A stretch of DNA of 59,364 nucleotides from Spirochaetota bacterium. GTDB lineage: Bacteria; Spirochaetota; UBA4802; UBA5368. The position numbers and the translations under genes were made by a program. Location of the stretch: positions 1 to 59,364 of the forward strand of contig JALOTJ010000002.1 of assembly GCA_025457965.1 (NCBI GenBank), given 5' to 3'. Below, in pieces: positions 54,301-59,364 of the stretch (positions are counted from its first letter, which is position 1; every line of letters starts with the position of its first letter). Under the pieces are notes generated by a model, which was not told where the DNA came from, did not search any database, and saw nothing but the letters and a program-made list of their open reading frames with translations.

Positions 54301-57029
54301 TTTACATCGACAGTCTCAAGTTTGTCTCGTCTCGCTGGCGGAACGTAAAGATCAACGGAGTCGCCGACGAGGACCCGGCGCGATTCAAGATCACCATGGT
54401 CGACACCCAGAACGATCCCGATTACAGGCTAAACGCCTTTGCATTTCTGAGAAGCGATATTTACCAGTCCCTGCACGGGGATAAGAGCGATAAGGAGCTC
54501 AGGGCCGAGATCGAGACAGCGCTGCAGATCGACTATAACCTGGCAGGCACGGGATCGGTAACGAGAAAGTTTTCAAAGCCGATGGACCTGCGGTTTTATA
54601 AAAAGATGAATATCTGGATCAACGCGCGAACAGCAAGTCCCGGGGACGCAATTCGCGTGCGGATCGGATCGACCGAGAGCGATTACTACGAATATCAGTT
54701 TCTGAATGATTACGGACCGGTATGGCGCGAGGTGATGCTCAACCTGCGTGACGGATCGGGAGGCATTAATAAAACGCTGTCCGAGGGGAACCCCGACCTG
54801 AAGCGCATTAATTATATGGAAGTCATAGTCAACAGCACCGGAACCGGCAAGCTCTGGGTGAACGATATGTACGCGAGCGATCCGGACACCCTTACCGACA
54901 GTGCGCACTGGTACGAGGTGGAGATCCGCGGGAAGCGACCGCTCTTTCGCACCAAATCCGGAGTGCCCGTGATCTCCGACCTCTACATTAAATATATCGA
55001 AAAGGGGCACGGATCTCAGTTCAGTACCGTCGGTAAAACCGCGACGGACATCGCTGAAAAATACCGCCAGCTTTTCACCTCGGTGAGCATCCTCCCCGAG
55101 TGGCGCATGCGCCTGGATTTTATCCAGGAAAAATCAGAAACCGATTCGTTCAACAACGAGGTCGCGGAGAACAGGCGAGGGCGGGCAGAAAAGCGGAGTT
55201 TTTACCTTGAATCCGATTACGCGCCAACGGCATCCATGGTGCCGAAGATCAAGCTCGTCTATAAAAACGACGCGTACGAAAACGAGCGTGGAGAGGATAT
55301 TACCGTGGGCTCGGATACGTATCGCGTTCAGCACCTGGTAAAAAACCGCGCGCACAGCCCGGCAATCCTGGTGAAAGATGAAATCGCCGAACTCTTCGGC
55401 GGAAAGCTATCAACAAGCCTCCAGATGGACATGTCCTTCAAGAAGGAGACCGTGTCAAGAAGCGCCGATGGTCTCGATCCGCCCACGCTCGAGACCTATC
55501 TGCCGCTCCACGAAAGCGAAAAGCGCCAGAAGGGCACGACGGAACTCAGCATCGACTACCAGTCGAGTAAGTTTCATGTGCGGCCGACCTTTCTTGTCGG
55601 TTCGCACGAAATAGTGGAGCTTTCGGGCAAGTCGGGACTCAGCGACACGGAGGTGCTCGGCGACGTGCGCGGCGACTATCACCTGCCGTTCGTGTACAGC
55701 GGGGACCATAAATTTGTCGAGCGAAACAGCAAGACCACGCTCTATGCGGGTCTCCGAAGACTGTGGATTTTTTCCCCTTCGGTCCGTACCGAGTTCCAGT
55801 ATTTCGAGAACCGTTTCCGCGACTACCAGGAAGCCGAACGTGTCACTTCCGGTCCTTTCGAGCGATCCAAAGACGCCCGGGGATTCGTATCGAACGGATT
55901 TACGCTGCCGGTTGATTTTCACGGGGTGCCCGCTCTCTCTTTTGTAAAGGGCTGCAATTTCTCATATACCAGGTCGCTCCTCCTTCAGGAGGCTGCCATT
56001 CCCTATGAGGGCGAGGGGGTGGGGGCCTTGCGTGAAGAATACGGCATCAACAGGGCGTTCAGGGGCCTTTCCGATGCCGGCTTCGACATGTTCTCCTATC
56101 CTCCATGGCATTTTTTTACCGGGCGCGGGAATTTCGCCAATGGCAGGGATTTCGCGTATAACCGACTCAATCGAAAAATCGTTTATCCCGGCGGGGAGCA
56201 GGCGGGTAATTATACAAACAGCCTGAAACTCGTCGATAGCTATTCGCTGAATACGACCATGGACTTCGAAAAGGTCATCGTGACCGGCGGAGGAAACCTG
56301 AGTCAGGTGAGCGAGCGGCAGACGGTCGAGGGCATTCCACAGCAGGTGGTGACGCTCAGTGCGAACACAAATATAAACCTGGACCTCATGCGCATTTTCT
56401 CTTTCGGTTTCTTCCGCCCCAACACTCCGGGACTGCCCTATCACGCGGCCACCTTTTTCATCGGTTACGATTACGGGCGCAACATGCTTATCACCTACAA
56501 TATAGAGGAGAATGTCCATACGCCCAGGGTGGGGGTAACGCTGAAGCGTGACCGTTCCAGCCTCAGTCTGCGCTCGGGCGTCGATTACCGCCACAGGACG
56601 CGCAAGGAATATATTGAGTACGACGAATCTCAGCGCGATCGCAGGGACGATATTTTCATCGCCAACATGGCAATATCGCCGCCGTTCAAGGAGGTCGACA
56701 GGGGTTACAGCTTTTCAGCGTTATATGAAACGGACGTGCTGTGGCTCTATGCCGCGTTCTCGAGCCTGTACAAGCTGGTGGCCTTCCCGATTTTCAGCAT
56801 CGAATACTCGCTTTTGCTCAACCGCTACGACTATACACGCACGGTATCTCCGGAACCCTACGACCAGCATCTCGTATCGGCAAAGCTTACCATGGATCTT
56901 CATAAAAACGTACAGGGAGGGCTCGTCGCGCGGTGGGCTCTGGAGCGTTACCGCAACAGGGAAACCGAAGGGATCGCCCGCGAGATTGTATCCTATCAGG
57001 TGGGTCTGAATTTTACCCTGGTGTTCTAA
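51336..57029 (+). CDS. Large outer-membrane protein, SprA/Sov-like
   Basis: Signal peptide; SprA-like blocks LHVEGRIG..F.V..D, Y....DEVIREINAG.I, NII.DSV...DG...YSID...G, G.EP, G.G.VDDME.S, LYIDLG.IDED, TED.N.NG.LD; amphipathic beta C-terminus ending in F. Confidence 0.75.
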   Translation: MFPRLSLYCKVLAVGASLYVITAALSQEFDENAGFRESLLKYIETHEKGEAPRVYVERELHPEADGELEPAPLTYRKGDWGKYIIAPRYRLLTEDGRYEDFHIEERDEVDINSYGSSKLNLNYGKSSFTKSRYKQFDQDRPVSRVITSGYSPEHETQLHVEGRIGQRFSVYIDHDSAKADNTYRMQYRAVRDDEVIREINAGQIDIKMNNSKYAVYDDTDAKGMGMDTTIRKGNLQVKAFGSVTRGETEVEYFRGNSSPGSVALREYQFVRKTHFQIEPFKRYDNLMIPPADPYTTIAMTSEPADPQAYLPFPVNIDTSGFELYMDDQNPLNNLNAIQLSMDGGYYTRMVAGSDYTINFNTGMISILRAVPHSARIFAVYTIGGGTATSDPAALVPGDPAHPGGVFSGKVFVFIKYGYSIHEEIGDDRNNDGKQNFDIYEVRSVYYIGQRQVLQENFKLQFFGNNQLLTRGETLKLGKYTVDYSKGTVSFHLREPFKQVLPDPPDTIQSLVYAESQSALVVDRSVYSIRVDYYREARSFQLKHFNIIPDSVRIKVDGREIARSLYSIDHTSGYLSFANPNNPLIGSETNIEVKYEYLPFTAESQSFIGGLRADYRLSRDLGVGGTFLYTRSSGGEIIPMVGSEPSQTMVFEGDASLKLSEGRIKDMLNAVPGVSLNAAPFDLKAYAEYARSYKNINTFGKGLVDDMESSEEITGVSLSDKDWILASMPDSLPQAERGRLYYKYYRDPSNAGSLKGTGFTPYNVPYEKKPGPYNVATGHVENSVRDLDTQRSLVFEFEFAGAESRAPVVTRRLSSEAVDFSGLQYVEVWYRGEALSAPVDLYIDLGKIDEDSDGDGSLDTEDLNRNGFLDFDPSAGIHEDRGYPFNPAGGYNTWVGTGPQLGDSTMGDGVLNTEDINGNGVLDRYESVVRLPGAATQGGPISVALGTGDWQMVRIYLSRSTITAEQIEILKQVEAVRLFVHSLSPATGRIYIDSLKFVSSRWRNVKINGVADEDPARFKITMVDTQNDPDYRLNAFAFLRSDIYQSLHGDKSDKELRAEIETALQIDYNLAGTGSVTRKFSKPMDLRFYKKMNIWINARTASPGDAIRVRIGSTESDYYEYQFLNDYGPVWREVMLNLRDGSGGINKTLSEGNPDLKRINYMEVIVNSTGTGKLWVNDMYASDPDTLTDSAHWYEVEIRGKRPLFRTKSGVPVISDLYIKYIEKGHGSQFSTVGKTATDIAEKYRQLFTSVSILPEWRMRLDFIQEKSETDSFNNEVAENRRGRAEKRSFYLESDYAPTASMVPKIKLVYKNDAYENERGEDITVGSDTYRVQHLVKNRAHSPAILVKDEIAELFGGKLSTSLQMDMSFKKETVSRSADGLDPPTLETYLPLHESEKRQKGTTELSIDYQSSKFHVRPTFLVGSHEIVELSGKSGLSDTEVLGDVRGDYHLPFVYSGDHKFVERNSKTTLYAGLRRLWIFSPSVRTEFQYFENRFRDYQEAERVTSGPFERSKDARGFVSNGFTLPVDFHGVPALSFVKGCNFSYTRSLLLQEAAIPYEGEGVGALREEYGINRAFRGLSDAGFDMFSYPPWHFFTGRGNFANGRDFAYNRLNRKIVYPGGEQAGNYTNSLKLVDSYSLNTTMDFEKVIVTGGGNLSQVSERQTVEGIPQQVVTLSANTNINLDLMRIFSFGFFRPNTPGLPYHAATFFIGYDYGRNMLITYNIEENVHTPRVGVTLKRDRSSLSLRSGVDYRHRTRKEYIEYDESQRDRRDDIFIANMAISPPFKEVDRGYSFSALYETDVLWLYAAFSSLYKLVAFPIFSIEYSLLLNRYDYTRTVSPEPYDQHLVSAKLTMDLHKNVQGGLVARWALERYRNRETEGIAREIVSYQVGLNFTLVF

Positions 57030-58120
57030 CCGCCTAGAATGCTTTCGATTTTTCCTTTCATTCGCCGGTAAAAGCCACGCAGCTCGATGAATCGTACGTT
57101 GTCGCGGGCCGCCTTCAGTGTCTCAATCGTCGTAAGCCGAACCGCCTTCCAGAGCAGTTCCCTGTCGGGGCAGGAGGCGAAATAATCCAGGTTCACCTGG
57201 TAGGCTCCCTTGTAGGCGCGACCGCCCCCGTTGGGTGTTATGCTCTTGATGAGGCCGTTCAGATCGAGATCGGAATTAGATGTGCGAAATGAGACATCCA
57301 GGGAAAGTCCTCCCCGGCTTTTTTTTTCAATGATGGCGAATACCGCGACGGTTTCGGCCTCCCCGCTCACGAGCAGGAAATCGGCGACGATGGCGATATT
57401 GTCCCTTTTGGATTCGTCAATGAACGAAAGGCCGGCGAAGAACCAGTCGCGGTACGTTTCATGGTCGGACATGGCGGTACTGATGAGCCTGAGTGCGTCC
57501 TCCGAAAGCGGCAGGTTCGATATCTTTTGAACGATCCGTTCGTCGACCATCATGGAAAGAAACTGAAGCGCCTCGTAATCGAGCTTAGTCGCATGGCGCA
57601 GATTGTCCGTATCGGTTTGGATGCCAAGAAGCAGGGCGGTGGCAACGGCCTTGCGCATGGAGCCGCGCGGTGGCAGATCGAGCTCGCGGAGAATGAGTGT
57701 CATGTAGGTGCTTGCCGCGCCCGCCTGGTCCGAGACCAGGCGGAAATCGGCCTTAACATCGTCTTCCTCCTCGGCATGATGATCTATATGCACGGCGCAC
57801 GGAAGTTTTTCCGAAACGCCTTTTGTATATGCCGACTGGAAGTCCAGCACCGCATACGCGTCGTAACCGTGCGGCGAAGGCGCACCCTTTTCGATGGTCA
57901 GGGGAATCTCGAGACTTTTAACGATCGCCCTGTTCTGCGGATGCGAAATTTCGGCAAGCGCCACGATTGATGATTTGAGGCCGATATGGTCGCATACCGC
58001 CATGAGAGCGAAGGAAGAGGCGATAACATCAGGATCCGGCGAGCCCTTGATGAGGATGAGGAGATTGTGATACCGGGCGAGAGCTTCGAGCAACCGGTCT
58101 GAAGATTTGCGCGCGTTCAT
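57026..58120 (-). CDS. DHH family phosphoesterase
   Basis: PDPD, VLD, IDHH, GI.TDT, S.R, GGG motifs. Confidence 0.88.
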   Translation of the reverse strand: MNARKSSDRLLEALARYHNLLILIKGSPDPDVIASSFALMAVCDHIGLKSSIVALAEISHPQNRAIVKSLEIPLTIEKGAPSPHGYDAYAVLDFQSAYTKGVSEKLPCAVHIDHHAEEEDDVKADFRLVSDQAGAASTYMTLILRELDLPPRGSMRKAVATALLLGIQTDTDNLRHATKLDYEALQFLSMMVDERIVQKISNLPLSEDALRLISTAMSDHETYRDWFFAGLSFIDESKRDNIAIVADFLLVSGEAETVAVFAIIEKKSRGGLSLDVSFRTSNSDLDLNGLIKSITPNGGGRAYKGAYQVNLDYFASCPDRELLWKAVRLTTIETLKAARDNVRFIELRGFYRRMKGKIESILGG

Positions 58121-58147
58121 TGTAGAGACCGGCCCTTATCCGCAGTT

Positions 58148-59364
58148 TCAATCGCACCTGAACGCGATCAGGCTGACGTCGTTGGTCAGCGTGCTCCCGC
58201 GGGTAAAGCTCTTGAAATCGTCGTAGATTTTCCGGACGAGTACCGCCGGCGAGTCACCCCGGTTTAGACGGATAATATCCTTGATCCTGCCGGTCGAGTA
58301 GGCTGCGCCGGAGGTGTTAAGGGCCGACTCGATACCGTCGGAATGGAGTATGCCGATGCTGCCCGGGGCCACGGGGATGGTCCGCGATTCGTAGGTAAAA
58401 TTTTTATCGATACCGACCGGGATTCCCCTGGTGTCGAGGTCGGTGAATGACTCGCGGCCGGCGTCGAAGAATATTAGCGGGCGCATCGCCGCGTTCGAGT
58501 ACGTGAACGCCCGCGAGGTCGAGGAATAGATAGCGTAAAAGGCCGGTGTGTAGTGATCGGAAAAACGCGAGGAGGCGATCACCCAGTTCATGATGTTCAG
58601 GAGCTTCTCAGGGCTTTCGTAGGTGGCCGGTTGCGTATGGAGCACTGAAAAAAGCTCCAGTGCGAGGACAACGGAGTCCACACCCGCATCGGAGGTGTCA
58701 GCGATAAAAATTCCCAGGCGGTCGGGCCGCACGATGACCGAATCGAAATAGTCGCCCCCGTACTCCGAGTTGTTGAGGTAAAAGGAGCTGATACGGATTC
58801 CCTCGACCTGCTTCATGCTGGAGGGAATGATCCTCTTTTTGACGTTTTCCACCAGCATTCGGTCGTGCTCGGAAACCTGGGAGGCCTTGATCTCGTCGAG
58901 ATAGATTGAGTTGGCAAGCGTCACCTCGAAGTGAATGCGATAGAGATCGAGAGCCGAAACGAGGTCGACCGGGTAGGGCTTGCCGTCCGCGAGCTCGCCA
59001 AGCAACAGGATCGCTATCAGCCGTTTCTCATGGTTAAAAAAGGGCAGCGCCACCCTGATCCGATGTTCGCGGAAAAAGGGAAGCAGGCGTTCTCTGTATT
59101 CGGCGAGCTTGTAGTCGGTGAAGAGCATCGACTGCTCGAGAAGTCCCGGGAAGCGCTTCAGGCAGGCCGTGAGGTCGTGGTTACCCCCGATCGATCGGAT
59201 GTCAATCCCTTCGCCGAAACCATACTTGAAGTGGTATGCGCCATCGTCCTCGCGGTGCATGTAAAGTGACGCCGTACCTATGCCGAATCGCGGTCCGAGT
59301 GCGTCGATAGTATTGTGAAAAAAATTGTCCCAAAATCCGGCCTGGTCTTTGAGGTCGGAAAGCG
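58148..59364 (-). CDS. SpoIIE/RsbU-type PP2C phosphatase with upstream GAF-like region, 5'-truncated by window edge
   Basis: GGDYFD, IAD, YSNA, GIPVG, SDG motifs; frame stays open to the window end. Confidence 0.85.
   Translation of the reverse strand, partial: LSDLKDQAGFWDNFFHNTIDALGPRFGIGTASLYMHREDDGAYHFKYGFGEGIDIRSIGGNHDLTACLKRFPGLLEQSMLFTDYKLAEYRERLLPFFREHRIRVALPFFNHEKRLIAILLLGELADGKPYPVDLVSALDLYRIHFEVTLANSIYLDEIKASQVSEHDRMLVENVKKRIIPSSMKQVEGIRISSFYLNNSEYGGDYFDSVIVRPDRLGIFIADTSDAGVDSVVLALELFSVLHTQPATYESPEKLLNIMNWVIASSRFSDHYTPAFYAIYSSTSRAFTYSNAAMRPLIFFDAGRESFTDLDTRGIPVGIDKNFTYESRTIPVAPGSIGILHSDGIESALNTSGAAYSTGRIKDIIRLNRGDSPAVLVRKIYDDFKSFTRGSTLTNDVSLIAFRCD

Noticed and set aside
1-59364. 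CRISPR arrays, tRNA/rRNA, IS elements, prophage, retron or other defence systems
   Set aside because: No spaced direct repeats, cloverleaf/T-loop signatures, transposase, integrase or reverse-transcriptase motifs were seen by eye

Overview
Chromosomal, mostly housekeeping region of a GC-rich spirochete, probably an anaerobic Leptospira-related lineage. The assignment rests on a periplasmic flagellin FlaB, a SpiroCoCo-like coiled-coil protein and a Leptospira/eukaryote-type IMPDH, found alongside a W/Mo aldehyde:ferredoxin oxidoreductase (AOR), a Desulfovibrio-type bacterioferritin and an SfMCT-type lactate transporter. About 43 CDSs are supported, including PBP1A, pyrK, znuABC, guaB, dinG, pcrA/uvrD, perR, bfr, lemA, ptsN, ruvB, copA and radA. 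I found no rRNA, tRNA, CRISPR array, transposase or phage gene. The main highlights are: (1) a 1897-aa outer-membrane protein resembling the type IX secretion translocon SprA/Sov, behind an M23 peptidase and with no other T9SS genes in the window; (2) a shared tandem operator-like motif upstream of the AOR gene and of an aminotransferase-VOC-TetR operon 17 kb away; (3) decayed genes in intergenic gaps, namely a peroxiredoxin between perR and bfr, and an SDR plus a hypothetical gene before AOR; (4) unusual architectures, namely a Zn-ribbon/acidic-repeat/DUF4389 protein, a membrane-pseudo-spermidine synthase-TPR fusion and a putative dead PD-(D/E)xK protein. All family assignments come from motif recognition and recalled sequences; no database search was run.
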